64,000 nucleotides of DNA from an uncultured virus (IMG/VR IMGVR_UViG_3300035188_001352) (taxonomy: Duplodnaviria; Heunggongvirae; Uroviricota; Caudoviricetes), in the IMG/VR virus record IMGVR_UViG_3300035188_001352, positions 1-64,000 of that record; one strand, written 5' to 3'. Below the pieces are notes generated by a model. That model was given only the letters and a program-made list of their open reading frames with translations, was not told where the DNA came from and did not search any database. Below are positions 39,457-48,959 of this stretch, piece by piece. How positions within the stretch are numbered: the first letter of the stretch is position 1; each line of letters starts with the position of its first letter. Position numbers and translations under genes: made by a program.

Positions 39457-40299
39457 CTACTCAGCCCATCCGCTTTCATCTAAATCATTTTCAATCAATT
39501 CTCGTTGACAAGCAATCATACTTCTTTCTTCTGACTTCAAATGTTTGTTGATAATAGTATTAGCTAGTTTATATTCAGGTGGTATCTCTGTAGATAAATC
39601 TATCGGATAGATATTAAATCTAGTAATCTTTTTCGATTTGAATACACTTAATGGTTGGATATTGTCTTTACCAATTTCAATATTACCTATGCCAAGGGTT
39701 TTAAGATTTGGACATTTTTTCAAAATTGCGGTAATGTCTGAAAACTTTCCAATTCGTAACCATGTCAAAGTATTAGGAAGCCCATCTAATCCAATGATAT
39801 CGCTAACATCCATAGATTGTACTGGCGGACATCCAACAAAAGACTTGATAGGTTTCTTTGAGTCGATTTGAATATCATAAAACCCTGAAGAATCTGTTCC
39901 TGAAATATGTTTAGGACATCCTTCAAAATCTTCAATTTCTACATTCAATAGAACCATAGGACCTAATACAACATGTGGTAATCCAATCATTGAACCGAGT
40001 TCCAAATGACTGACTTCTAATTTTCCTGGAGCAGTATTGAATTGAACAGGAAGTAACCACTTTCCATTATATTCAACTAAAGATTCTTTTGGTCCATTAC
40101 CAAATAAATTTCCTAATATAAGGTCTTTACGAGTTGGATGAACTTCAAGTTCTTTAGAAATCTGAGCTTCAATTTTAGCATCCTTTAACCACTTTTCTAT
40201 TTCTTCCTTAGTTTGATACATCCAAGGTTTAAGATTTGGTTGAAAAGCTGATTTACTAGAAGCAGCTGGTACTTCAGTCAATAGGTCTTGCAATTTCAT
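39457..40299 (-). CDS. Array family orphan member 29, LRR-like (MKLQDLLTE)
   Basis: SMIGLP / DFEGCP / SFVGCP / GLDGLP repeats; ends IACQRELIENDLDESGWAE; own late promoter 40332-40338. Confidence 0.85.
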   Translation of the reverse strand: MKLQDLLTEVPAASSKSAFQPNLKPWMYQTKEEIEKWLKDAKIEAQISKELEVHPTRKDLILGNLFGNGPKESLVEYNGKWLLPVQFNTAPGKLEVSHLELGSMIGLPHVVLGPMVLLNVEIEDFEGCPKHISGTDSSGFYDIQIDSKKPIKSFVGCPPVQSMDVSDIIGLDGLPNTLTWLRIGKFSDITAILKKCPNLKTLGIGNIEIGKDNIQPLSVFKSKKITRFNIYPIDLSTEIPPEYKLANTIINKHLKSEERSMIACQRELIENDLDESGWAE

Positions 40300-40338
40300 A
40301 ACGAAAAATAGTAGTAGTTAAAATATACTACTATTTAT

Positions 40339-40671
40339 TCACTTCTTCCACCCACGTTCCCGTTCATAGTTATCTCTAAAATACTCTGGTGGAGTATATG
40401 TAAAATGTGGTAAGTCTTCGCGTGCAGTTTGCGGTAATTGAACCAATGATTTTACATAACCATCAGCTCCAACTCGAATGCCATTGTACTTTGACAATTC
40501 TTCGTATGTCATAGCTGGTTCATCAGAACCATAAATGTATTGAACATTACTATATTCCATTCGACCATAGCCATTACTTCCATAACCTCCAGAAGTAGAC
40601 ATACATCCGGTGAAAGCAATTGAAGAAGTAAGTGCTAAAGCAATAACTTTGTTGACTGATGAAGTGTTCAT
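40339..40671 (-). CDS. Lipoprotein, unknown function
   Basis: Lipobox FTGC; early promoter 40706-40733. Confidence 0.6.
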   Translation of the reverse strand: MNTSSVNKVIALALTSSIAFTGCMSTSGGYGSNGYGRMEYSNVQYIYGSDEPAMTYEELSKYNGIRVGADGYVKSLVQLPQTAREDLPHFTYTPPEYFRDNYERERGWKK

Positions 40672-40743
40672 GTGATAAAGTCCTCCTGTTCTAGAATATG
40701 GTTCTATTGTATAACAGTTAGCAAAAATGTAAATAGCTAAAAG

Positions 40744-40759
40744 TGATTACCGGTTATCA
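40744..40759. promoter_or_regulatory. Palindromic operator-like site (TGATAAC-NN-GTTATCA family)
   Basis: TGATTACCGGTTATCA, 10 bp upstream of the -35 of the minus-strand early promoter. Confidence 0.55.
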
Positions 40760-40857
40760 GATTTATAAAAAAGATATTTTTTGCTAAAAAAGTTGGATAA
40801 GTCATAAATAATATATCAAACAAATTACAATTTCAAATATGAAATAGGAGAATTCTT

Positions 40858-42822
40858 ATGTCAATGGTTAGTCCAGGTGTTTCAGTTACTATTACTGATC
40901 AATCTTTTTATATACCGGCTTCTGCTTCAACAGTTCCGCTAATTTTTATCGCAACTCGTGCAAATAAGCTTCAACCTGATGGTGTTCATATTGCAGCAGG
41001 TACTAATGAACATAGTGTAGTTCGTACGATTACATCTATTGGGCAATCAGTAGAAACTTATGGTATTCCATATTTCTGGAAAGATAATAGTGGAGCTGGA
41101 GAACCTGCACAGTATCATGGCGATTGCCGAAATGAGTATGGATTGTTTGCATTGAACCAATTCTTAGGAATAGGTAATCTTGCATATGTAGTTCGTGCTA
41201 ACATTGACTTGACTGATAGTCCTCGTCAATTTATTTCGGCTGGTATTCCTGTATATGATGCAGGCTCATATAATTATGTAGGTGTTGGTAATGGTACTCT
41301 TTCAGCTATATCTGTGCCTTCTGCATTGAAAGAACCAGAATCATTTACTTTAGTATGTATTGGCTTACAAGGAACCGATACTATTGGTAACGAATCATTT
41401 ACAATCACCGGTTCAAAATCAGGAATGATTGGTGTAGCTAAAGCCAATGGTACTGCATTTGTTCACAGTAATATACAGTTGACAATAACTAATGGCGCTA
41501 CCGTATTCAAGCCGGGTGATTACTTTGAATTCAATACTGTTTACGCAGCTAAAAAAGGTACATCAGCAATGACTGGTCTTGCGTATACTGACTTTACTGT
41601 TGGACCAATGACAGGTAATGGTACGTTGATTGACTTAGTTCCTGAAGCTAATGCTGTTGAAGAAAACTTTATTGTTGAGTTTCTTGATGCAACAAACTTC
41701 AAAGTTATCGGATATCATCCGGTGACTAACGCAATTACAACAACTGGTCAATTCGGCACAGTTGGTGGTTCTACCCCATTCATTGACGTTGCAGGTAAAA
41801 TATCGTTTACTATTTTAGCAGGTTCGACTGCTTTTGCTGCAGGTGACGCATTTGCAATAGAATTTGATCAAGTTCAAAACATGAATCCTCTTGGTTTTGA
41901 TGATGCAACTCGTCGTCTTGCAATTAGAACTGCACTTCAAGCTGAAATCAATAGTAACCAAGATGTAAGATCGGAAATCTTTGAATACAACTTGATTCTT
42001 TGCCCTGGTTATCCTGAAGTTGTTGATGAGCTTGATTCATTGAATGATAGTATTAGTAATGAAGCATTTGTGATTGCTGATGTTCCTGTAACTAAAACTC
42101 CAGAACAAGCTGCTAACTGGGCTAATACTTCTGAGCGTATCAAAAAATCTACGATTGCGTATTACTATCCATGGTGCTTATCTTCTAATCTTGACGGTTA
42201 CAATGTTCTTGTGGCTCCATCAGGAACTGCATTAAGAACCTTTGCATTTTCTGATAATGCTTCAGAACTTTGGTTTGCTCCAGCCGGTCTTCGTCGTGGT
42301 ACAGTATCTGGAGTTGAAAGTGTAGGTTATGTTACCGGAACATTAGGACTTCCAACAACTTACGTTCAAGTCAATTTGAACCAAGGTCAACGTGATGCAT
42401 TATATGACTTCTTCAAGAACATCAATCCAATCGTGTTTTTCCCAACTCGCGGCTTGGTTATCTGGGGTCAAAAAACTTCATACAACGCTACTTCTGCTCG
42501 TGACCGTATCAATGTTGAAAGATTACTATGCTACATTCGTCGCTCATTACGTAAAGCGAGTATGCCATTCTTGTTTGAACCAAATGATCAACCAACTCGT
42601 GATGATATCAAAGCAATGATTGATGGGTTCCTTGGTGATATTATGATGAGACGTGGATTGTATGACTTCGTAACATTATGCGATAGTAGCAATAATACTC
42701 CAGCTAGAATTGATAGAAATGAACTTTGGGTTGACATTGGAATAAAACCAATGAAAGCTGTAGAATTTATTATCATTCCAATTCGAGTATTGTCTACTGG
42801 TGCTAAGATGGGAACTGCCTAA
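40858..42822 (+). CDS. Tail sheath protein (T4 gp18-like)
   Basis: MVSPGVSVTITDQS, YYPW, WFAPAG..RG, INPIV.F, WGQKT, RINVERL, FEPND, RIDRNEL; late promoter 40804-40810. Confidence 0.95.
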   Translation: MSMVSPGVSVTITDQSFYIPASASTVPLIFIATRANKLQPDGVHIAAGTNEHSVVRTITSIGQSVETYGIPYFWKDNSGAGEPAQYHGDCRNEYGLFALNQFLGIGNLAYVVRANIDLTDSPRQFISAGIPVYDAGSYNYVGVGNGTLSAISVPSALKEPESFTLVCIGLQGTDTIGNESFTITGSKSGMIGVAKANGTAFVHSNIQLTITNGATVFKPGDYFEFNTVYAAKKGTSAMTGLAYTDFTVGPMTGNGTLIDLVPEANAVEENFIVEFLDATNFKVIGYHPVTNAITTTGQFGTVGGSTPFIDVAGKISFTILAGSTAFAAGDAFAIEFDQVQNMNPLGFDDATRRLAIRTALQAEINSNQDVRSEIFEYNLILCPGYPEVVDELDSLNDSISNEAFVIADVPVTKTPEQAANWANTSERIKKSTIAYYYPWCLSSNLDGYNVLVAPSGTALRTFAFSDNASELWFAPAGLRRGTVSGVESVGYVTGTLGLPTTYVQVNLNQGQRDALYDFFKNINPIVFFPTRGLVIWGQKTSYNATSARDRINVERLLCYIRRSLRKASMPFLFEPNDQPTRDDIKAMIDGFLGDIMMRRGLYDFVTLCDSSNNTPARIDRNELWVDIGIKPMKAVEFIIIPIRVLSTGAKMGTA

Positions 42823-42828
42823 ATTAGA

Positions 42829-42858
42829 AAAAAAGGGGGATTTAAATCCCCCTTTTTT
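42829..42858. terminator. Bidirectional rho-independent terminator
   Basis: AAAAAAGGGGGATTTAAATCCCCCTTTTTT perfect palindrome between convergent genes. Confidence 0.85.
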
Positions 42859-42860
42859 AT

Positions 42861-43349
42861 TCATAAAGATTTGTTTTTGCAGGTAAAGTACTTTTGTAAA
42901 AGCTGAACTAGTTTTACATCATTTACTGGAAATGAAGCAGTTTCAGCAGTTCTTCCACCAACCATTCTTTCTATTGAAGAAGTAGTTTCACCATGTTTTA
43001 GGATAAAGCTATGGTCGTTATCTTGAAATAATTTCGGTGCAATATCATATACGATTGAAGGTAGTAGAATACCAATGGCAACATATTCTTCAGTATTCTC
43101 ATCATTACTACTTTCAACAATATAAGAGCCGTTTGATAAATTAGTAAGTTCTTTGAAAATGTTTGCCATTGCAAACTTATTATTTCCTGCAGAAGCTAAT
43201 GAAACAAATCGATGAAAGTTCATCCAACCTGAAATAGCTTGACTCGGTGTATGAGTATTTTGATAGACTAATTTGCTGATTATCTTTTCAGCATGTGCTG
43301 CAACTATTGACATTGAAATAGTTGAATTGAATAGGATGAATAGTTTCAT
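42861..43349 (-). CDS. Hypothetical protein
   Basis: 162 aa ORF. Confidence 0.6.
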   Translation of the reverse strand: MKLFILFNSTISMSIVAAHAEKIISKLVYQNTHTPSQAISGWMNFHRFVSLASAGNNKFAMANIFKELTNLSNGSYIVESSNDENTEEYVAIGILLPSIVYDIAPKLFQDNDHSFILKHGETTSSIERMVGGRTAETASFPVNDVKLVQLLQKYFTCKNKSL

Positions 43350-43395
43350 ATGGTTTTATGTTATGATAGTGAAGAACAGATCTATTTACATAAAC

Positions 43396-43429
43396 AAAAA
43401 GGAGGAGAGATTTTACTCTCTCCTTCTTT
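43396..43429 (-). terminator. Rho-independent terminator
   Basis: GGAGGAGAG / CTCTCCTTC imperfect stem with T-run on minus strand after the peptidase gene. Confidence 0.65.
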
Positions 43430-43444
43430 CGTTAGGTTATTGAT

Positions 43445-44890
43445 TTATTGAACTTTTTTAGGCATGAAGTTTGCAATTTTTGGAGCAGTAATTTTCAGAG
43501 TTCTTGTTGCATCTGCTACGTCTCTTACGCCTAAGTAAAGTTTTGTACCATTATTCAACGTTACACCAATTACATCAGGATTTGAATACTTAGCCTTACG
43601 ATTGAAGCAATAGCTCATAATATCTGCAATTCCACAGTTTGAACCACCATAGCCATACTTATAGTTATGAGCATAACCATAAGAATCTTCATAGACACCT
43701 TTCACAGAACCTAAACCAAATTCTTCCATGGTTTCTTTATTGTGAACAACCCCCATGATATGACCTACTTCATGAATCATCGTATCTCCATAGCAACCAT
43801 AACCACCATCAGAACCCCAATCAACAACAGCATTTGCAACATTTGCATTAAAAGCGGTTTGATTTGCACCATTCAACAATGCTTGGCCACAGATTACATG
43901 TGATTGTTTGAATGGACGGATAAAGACGACCAAGTCAGCACCAACTCTGGCTCTCATGTCTCGTACAGGTTTCCAAATACCTAAACCTTGTTGCATTTTA
44001 GATGGAACACCAGTTGTTGGTTCAGTATCCGCATACGGTACTTCAATTTTACCTACAGTTCTAAAGGCTACATTTGGCATGCCACTATCACTAAATGCTT
44101 TGGTCATTGCAGGTGTCATTGACGCAACATAAGTATCAATTCGTGGTTTGAATGAAGTGCTATATGCATACAGCAAATCAATTACTATTGGCGCATTTGC
44201 AACAGGTGTAGGAGGAGGGGCAACATAGGTAAGTGCGCCTGTAACAGTATCTCTATATACTTTTGTGCCATCAGGTTTTACGCCTATGTAAACCACCGCA
44301 TCCAATGATGTGTGGTTATGCGCAACTTCAGTATCACCTTTTACTGTTGGCATTTTAACCCCGGACTTTTGTTGGCTAATCAACCAAGCTTCAGGATTTG
44401 ATTCATCACCTTGAGTTTCGATGGCATAGGTGTCTTCATCAGTATAAATCGAACCGAATACATCACCAGTTGGACCCATTGAAATAATTGCACCATCGCC
44501 ATCAACAGTGTTACCCATCCAGGTAACAACACCATTTGCATCAGTCACTACGCTTTCAGTCGTATATTCGACATCTTCGCCAATCAGACCTAATGTAGTT
44601 TTGTCACCGACTTTTTGGGATAAAAAGTGACTTTTATCCAATTCAACTTTTGCCAAACCTTTAGCATCAAACGGGTTATAGACTTCCGGAATTGTTCCAC
44701 CGACGTGACGAACCGGACTATACACTGATGGCATCTCACCGATACCATATGTATGAATTGTTTTGACTACTTTACCTTCAACAATGTGTTGAACTGTGCC
44801 AGTAGGAGTAGAAGTTTCATTAGCACTAACTGCACTAATACCTAATGTTGCAATTGCGACTGCAACAGCCATTGTAGTTTTTCTCAACAT
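43445..44890 (-). CDS. Secreted zinc metallopeptidase (metzincin, reprolysin/M12B-like)
   Basis: Signal peptide; HEVGHIMGVVH zinc motif, DIMSY Met-turn, YSNP; early promoter 44958-44985. Confidence 0.85.
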   Translation of the reverse strand: MLRKTTMAVAVAIATLGISAVSANETSTPTGTVQHIVEGKVVKTIHTYGIGEMPSVYSPVRHVGGTIPEVYNPFDAKGLAKVELDKSHFLSQKVGDKTTLGLIGEDVEYTTESVVTDANGVVTWMGNTVDGDGAIISMGPTGDVFGSIYTDEDTYAIETQGDESNPEAWLISQQKSGVKMPTVKGDTEVAHNHTSLDAVVYIGVKPDGTKVYRDTVTGALTYVAPPPTPVANAPIVIDLLYAYSTSFKPRIDTYVASMTPAMTKAFSDSGMPNVAFRTVGKIEVPYADTEPTTGVPSKMQQGLGIWKPVRDMRARVGADLVVFIRPFKQSHVICGQALLNGANQTAFNANVANAVVDWGSDGGYGCYGDTMIHEVGHIMGVVHNKETMEEFGLGSVKGVYEDSYGYAHNYKYGYGGSNCGIADIMSYCFNRKAKYSNPDVIGVTLNNGTKLYLGVRDVADATRTLKITAPKIANFMPKKVQ

Positions 44891-44997
44891 GATATTCTCC
44901 ACAGAATAAACTAAGATTGGTTCATCCTTAACTTCTTTATTTCCGTATCTTGAGTCTATTATAACCTTTTTTGATTAGATGTAAATAGTCCGGGACT

Positions 44998-45309
44998 TTA
45001 TAAACTGTTATCTACTTCACAAATATAAGGCAAATAGATTTCCAACTTTTCTAACTTCTTTTGCTTCATTTTTTCAATAAGCTCATCATCAATTGTCAGA
45101 ACGGTTTGATTTTTGAGTACTTCAAGTACTGCATAAACATCGCCTATTTCTTGATGCAAAAGCTCGATATTTGACAAAGAATTTGGGTCTTCTGGATTTC
45201 TGCTATAAGCTCCAAAGCGACTGATTTTTGATGCTGCTTGGATAACTTCAGCACATTCTTCCTGAAGGCACTGAAGAACTAATCCTGTACTTCTACGTTT
45301 TGAATTCAT
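44998..45309 (-). CDS. MazG-like NTP pyrophosphohydrolase
   Basis: LQEECAEVIQA.SK..RFG ... L.QEIGDV. Confidence 0.75.
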   Translation of the reverse strand: MNSKRRSTGLVLQCLQEECAEVIQAASKISRFGAYSRNPEDPNSLSNIELLHQEIGDVYAVLEVLKNQTVLTIDDELIEKMKQKKLEKLEIYLPYICEVDNSL

Positions 45310-45569
45310 AACAATGGATGGTCAAAAGTTTTATACACTCGACGCTCATCATTATTACGTATCATATGGTCATCATATGCTTTTGCTAAAGTTTCAAGGT
45401 CCCGCTTTTGAAATGATGGAGCAAGCGGTTCGTTATACCACACAGGCTTGTAATTGTTAGACTTATCTACCAACTCCAAGAAGGTTTTGAAGTAAGTGTA
45501 TTTCCCAGCAAACTCATCTAATTGACGAAGTTTGCCAGGAGTCATATATGTTAGGTCGGAGAAGCTCAT
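45306..45569 (-). CDS. Hypothetical protein
   Basis: 87 aa, ATGA overlaps with both neighbours. Confidence 0.6.
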   Translation of the reverse strand: MSFSDLTYMTPGKLRQLDEFAGKYTYFKTFLELVDKSNNYKPVWYNEPLAPSFQKRDLETLAKAYDDHMIRNNDERRVYKTFDHPLL

Positions 45570-46411
45570 TTTCGACGGCTTGATGATGAAGAAGAACTTG
45601 ATGAAGATTTAGGAGGACTTACTCGTATTGGAGCAAATGTGCTTGAAGGTTTTGAAGCCGGTTTTGAAGCTACTGATGGTGGAGTAGTAGACTTAGTTGA
45701 AGTACTTCCACCAAACAAAGACCAGCTTGAAGAAGGCTTTTTAGCTACTGGAGCTGGAGCCGGTGGAGGCGTAACTTGAACTGGTTTGAACTGAGTTGCC
45801 GTAGTTGCTGCTTGCGTACTAGTAGTTGGCGGTACTACTTGTATCGGTTTGAATGATTGAGTAGCAGTAGCTGTTGCAGGTGGAGTAGTCACAGGTTTAG
45901 GTGTCGCTTGATTAGGAGCAATGTTAGTCGGATTAGCAAACAATGGCTGAATTTTTTGACCAGGTATCAATTGATTTGTGTTCTTTTCTGGAACCAATTG
46001 AGGTACTGATGGATTAGTCGTTTGTGGAATACCACGCACCTGAGGTGTCACCCAAGTTCTACGTTGTGGTGTATTGTAGTAACGGTCATAGTAATCAGGC
46101 TGGTTCATATACTCAGGATGATATTGATAGCTTTGATACGATGGTCTGTTCCACCAATGATTAGCAGCAGCCCCAGCAGCAAAAGCTGCTACAGTTCCTA
46201 ACCAATTAGTATCAGATGATTGTGGTCGTCCAGCTTGTTGATAAGCAGCCATACATTGAGCCGGTTGAAAGCCCATTGACATACATGGTTGAAGAGCTGC
46301 CATCGTATTAGCATCATATTGGTGTTGGTCACTACATGCACCAATGATGATAGACAATGCTGCAACGACTGCCATAAGTTTGATATTTAGAGTATTCATA
46401 TTTGATTTCAT
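45566..46411 (-). CDS. Lipoprotein with Pro/Thr/Ser-rich disordered tail
   Basis: Lipobox IGAC; repeated F(K/A)P(I/V)QV.PP; poly-Ser end. Confidence 0.7.
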   Translation of the reverse strand: MKSNMNTLNIKLMAVVAALSIIIGACSDQHQYDANTMAALQPCMSMGFQPAQCMAAYQQAGRPQSSDTNWLGTVAAFAAGAAANHWWNRPSYQSYQYHPEYMNQPDYYDRYYNTPQRRTWVTPQVRGIPQTTNPSVPQLVPEKNTNQLIPGQKIQPLFANPTNIAPNQATPKPVTTPPATATATQSFKPIQVVPPTTSTQAATTATQFKPVQVTPPPAPAPVAKKPSSSWSLFGGSTSTKSTTPPSVASKPASKPSSTFAPIRVSPPKSSSSSSSSSSRRK

Positions 46412-46419
46412 ACCGTATT

Positions 46420-46439
46420 GAGAGAGAGAGAGAGAGAGA
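46420..46439. repeat. (GA)10 dinucleotide tract
   Basis: Direct reading. Confidence 0.9.
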
Positions 46440-46594
46440 AGTTTTTAGATGATTGGAAAGGTTCCGCGTTTTGCTAACATATATCCACCCATTGCAAGTA
46501 GTATCCAAATGTTAGAACTGAAAATAGTTGCGGCTAAAAAGCCAAAAGTAAGAGCACCAAAGAACATCATAATTTTCACACCTTTTTCTACTGT

Positions 46595-47098
46595 TTATAA
46601 ATCGGTTTCAATATTGAGTGTTTCCACTTCAACATTTTTGTTAGTATATTGTATCACACTTCCGGGCACACAGTCATCAATCAACACCATCTTTTTAGAA
46701 GTCTGTGACATTGCATGCTTCAAAAATGAGAAGTACTTACCATTGATTTGCATGAATTCTAATGGACATGTGTAGTTGAACAAGAATTCATATGGCTTGC
46801 AAAGCACCATCATTTCATCAACTGATGGGTATTCAATGATGGGTAATCCAAAACACTGTTCAATTCTTTCCTTCATACCCGAATAGTCGAACTCTTCCTT
46901 TTCTTTTTGGGTCCAAATAGCAAAAGACCAAATGTTCAAGAAAGTTGGCTTGACATCTTGTAAGTAGTCTTTGATTTTAGACACATGCTGAATGAACAAA
47001 CCATCATCCCAATTATTGATGACAGTTCCTTCAAGGTCTAACCAAACTTCTAATGCTTGACTATCGCTACAATAGTTCATTAGTATCTCCGCCATCAT
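46595..47098 (-). CDS. HAD-superfamily-like protein
   Basis: VWLDLEGTVI and LIDD motifs. Confidence 0.5.
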   Translation of the reverse strand: MMAEILMNYCSDSQALEVWLDLEGTVINNWDDGLFIQHVSKIKDYLQDVKPTFLNIWSFAIWTQKEKEEFDYSGMKERIEQCFGLPIIEYPSVDEMMVLCKPYEFLFNYTCPLEFMQINGKYFSFLKHAMSQTSKKMVLIDDCVPGSVIQYTNKNVEVETLNIETDL

Positions 47099-47300
47099 TC
47101 GGTATCGGTTTATTAGTTGGGCAGTCTTTCATCCAGACAATATGAGTATTGCTCGTTGGATGAAGTTGCACGACACATTGTTGAAGACCTGCTTTAGCCA
47201 TGCTTATCCTTTCATAAGTTTCTAGAAAGGAACCTCCAAAGTAAAACGCTGCAAATCCAAAAACTATCAATACTATCATTGCTTTATCGGTCATTTCCAA
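47067..47300 (-). CDS. Small membrane protein
   Basis: N-terminal TM helix then AGLQQC...W.K.CP; paralog of 57221..57475. Confidence 0.6.
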   Translation of the reverse strand: MEMTDKAMIVLIVFGFAAFYFGGSFLETYERISMAKAGLQQCVVQLHPTSNTHIVWMKDCPTNKPIPNDGGDTNELL

Positions 47301-47511
47301 GTCCTTTATAAGGTTCTAATCCAACTTGTTCTCGCATTTGAGCAAGCAGTTTGTTTAGGGGTTCAAGCTTCATACAACGACAACAACTAATATAAATCGG
47401 ATGAAATATCGTACCACTATCTGATTCTTCTACTACATCTAAGAAATCAGTAAAGAATGTACGAACTAATCGTGTTAGTTCGTCTGTTGATTGTTCTACG
47501 TTATCGCTCAT
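47284..47511 (-). CDS. Hypothetical protein
   Basis: 75 aa, overlapping neighbours. Confidence 0.55.
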   Translation of the reverse strand: MSDNVEQSTDELTRLVRTFFTDFLDVVEESDSGTIFHPIYISCCRCMKLEPLNKLLAQMREQVGLEPYKGLGNDR

Positions 47512-47843
47512 AATCCTACAAACCTCATATTACACTGTGTTGAACAGAAAGCATAACGACTATCAAACCTTGCTTCTGCTTCTGGAATTCGTTTGCCGCA
47601 TTCAGCGCATTCACACATTCCATCAAACTCTTCATACTCAGCACCGATGCCATTAGTAGGAAACTGTTTGACAGTAGGGTCAACGATGGTTCCATCTGGT
47701 TTCTCACACCACCAATGATCTTGCTTACCCCACATTGGGCAATGATAAAAGCCACGAACTAATCGAAGTGATGGGTCTTCAGCACAAAGCTCTTCTGCAT
47801 ATTCTTTGCACTTGCCACGATATTGTAAGTAATCAAAACTCAT
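47508..47843 (-). CDS. Transglutaminase/papain-like triad protein with C-terminal Zn finger
   Basis: GKC...HWW....G.IVDPT; CAECG...FCS..C. Confidence 0.5.
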   Translation of the reverse strand: MSFDYLQYRGKCKEYAEELCAEDPSLRLVRGFYHCPMWGKQDHWWCEKPDGTIVDPTVKQFPTNGIGAEYEEFDGMCECAECGKRIPEAEARFDSRYAFCSTQCNMRFVGL

Positions 47844-48166
47844 ATAGGGTCATCCTTACGAGGACATTTGAAATGTGCTCTAAATTGAGCATTTGTATCA
47901 AAGATTTCATCGATATCGCGTTCTTCAATATCAAAATACTTTAGAACTTCTTCACGAATTTTAGCATTAGCTACATCACTTTCTGTTGGAGAACCACCTA
48001 GAACATAATCATGACTCAATTGCATTCTGCAAATACCAATCGTCGTTTGAATTGCTTCTTTGATGACAGTATAAGCAAAATCTTTGACATCTTGAGCTTC
48101 CCATAGTTCATCAGGTAAAGCCCATTTAGCAAATTCTTTTTCAATTAGATGATGGAGGTTGTTCAT
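47840..48166 (-). CDS. Hypothetical protein
   Basis: 108 aa in co-oriented run. Confidence 0.55.
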   Translation of the reverse strand: MNNLHHLIEKEFAKWALPDELWEAQDVKDFAYTVIKEAIQTTIGICRMQLSHDYVLGGSPTESDVANAKIREEVLKYFDIEERDIDEIFDTNAQFRAHFKCPRKDDPI

Positions 48167-48371
48167 ATTCTAAGTTGTTTGATACCGTAAAATTGCGAAG
48201 ACTAACGTAATACTTTTGCTTGAAGTTTTCAGCGTCAGCACGAGTTGTAAAAGCCATAACCTGAAGCCCAGTTGTAGTGTCATTGATTGTAGAAACTACA
48301 ATGTTAGTAGCTCCGGCAAATTCATCAATTCCTAAAAGAACTTCGTTTTCGAATCTAAGATAATAAGTCAT
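48141..48371 (-). CDS. Hypothetical protein
   Basis: 76 aa in co-oriented run. Confidence 0.5.
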   Translation of the reverse strand: MTYYLRFENEVLLGIDEFAGATNIVVSTINDTTTGLQVMAFTTRADAENFKQKYYVSLRNFTVSNNLEYEQPPSSN

Positions 48372-48386
48372 ATTATAACACCTTTC

Positions 48387-48644
48387 CTAATGACATGTTT
48401 GACAATTTTCGCAGTTTGTATTTATTACTGCTATAAGTCCGTCAAGTTCATCTTTACGTAATGTGACACTAAAACCTCTCAGCTTTACTTCTATCGGGTC
48501 ACCCATTGGAGCAACACGAATAATCATAAAGTCTATACCTGGAGTAAAACCAAATGAAAGTAGCTTCTTCCGATATGTCTTACTAATTGTTGGTTTGAAA
48601 CCAATCAGCTTGAATGATTGACCAACATCAGAAGCTATCATCAT
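48387..48644 (-). CDS. feoA: Ferrous iron transport protein A
   Basis: YRKKLLSFGFTPG...RVAPMGDPIEVKLRGFSVTLRKDE. Confidence 0.9.
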   Translation of the reverse strand: MMIASDVGQSFKLIGFKPTISKTYRKKLLSFGFTPGIDFMIIRVAPMGDPIEVKLRGFSVTLRKDELDGLIAVINTNCENCQTCH

Positions 48645-48959
48645 TTAGGCAAAGTAAGTGATTTCAACCGGGTGAAGCTCAATTTTTTCTTTTATACGAA
48701 GTTCTTCAATAACTTCAAGAGCTCGTTCATAAGTGGGAAGACCTACACGAGAACAGTCTTCATTTTCAGATGATATGATATCTGTCCAATGATAAATGTT
48801 GTCATTTCCAAGTTCTTTGGTTTGAGCATAATACACATAATCATATTCATCAACAAAGCTATTATAGCCAATAGCTTTCTGAACTATACGATATTTAGCA
48901 TCTTCAGACTTCACTGGTTCTGGCATTGATTTGCTCCGATAAAAATTGTTGGACTTCAC
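48645..48959 (-). CDS. Hypothetical protein (start may be MPEP)
   Basis: ORF in co-oriented run. Confidence 0.55.
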   Translation of the reverse strand: MKSNNFYRSKSMPEPVKSEDAKYRIVQKAIGYNSFVDEYDYVYYAQTKELGNDNIYHWTDIISSENEDCSRVGLPTYERALEVIEELRIKEKIELHPVEITYFA

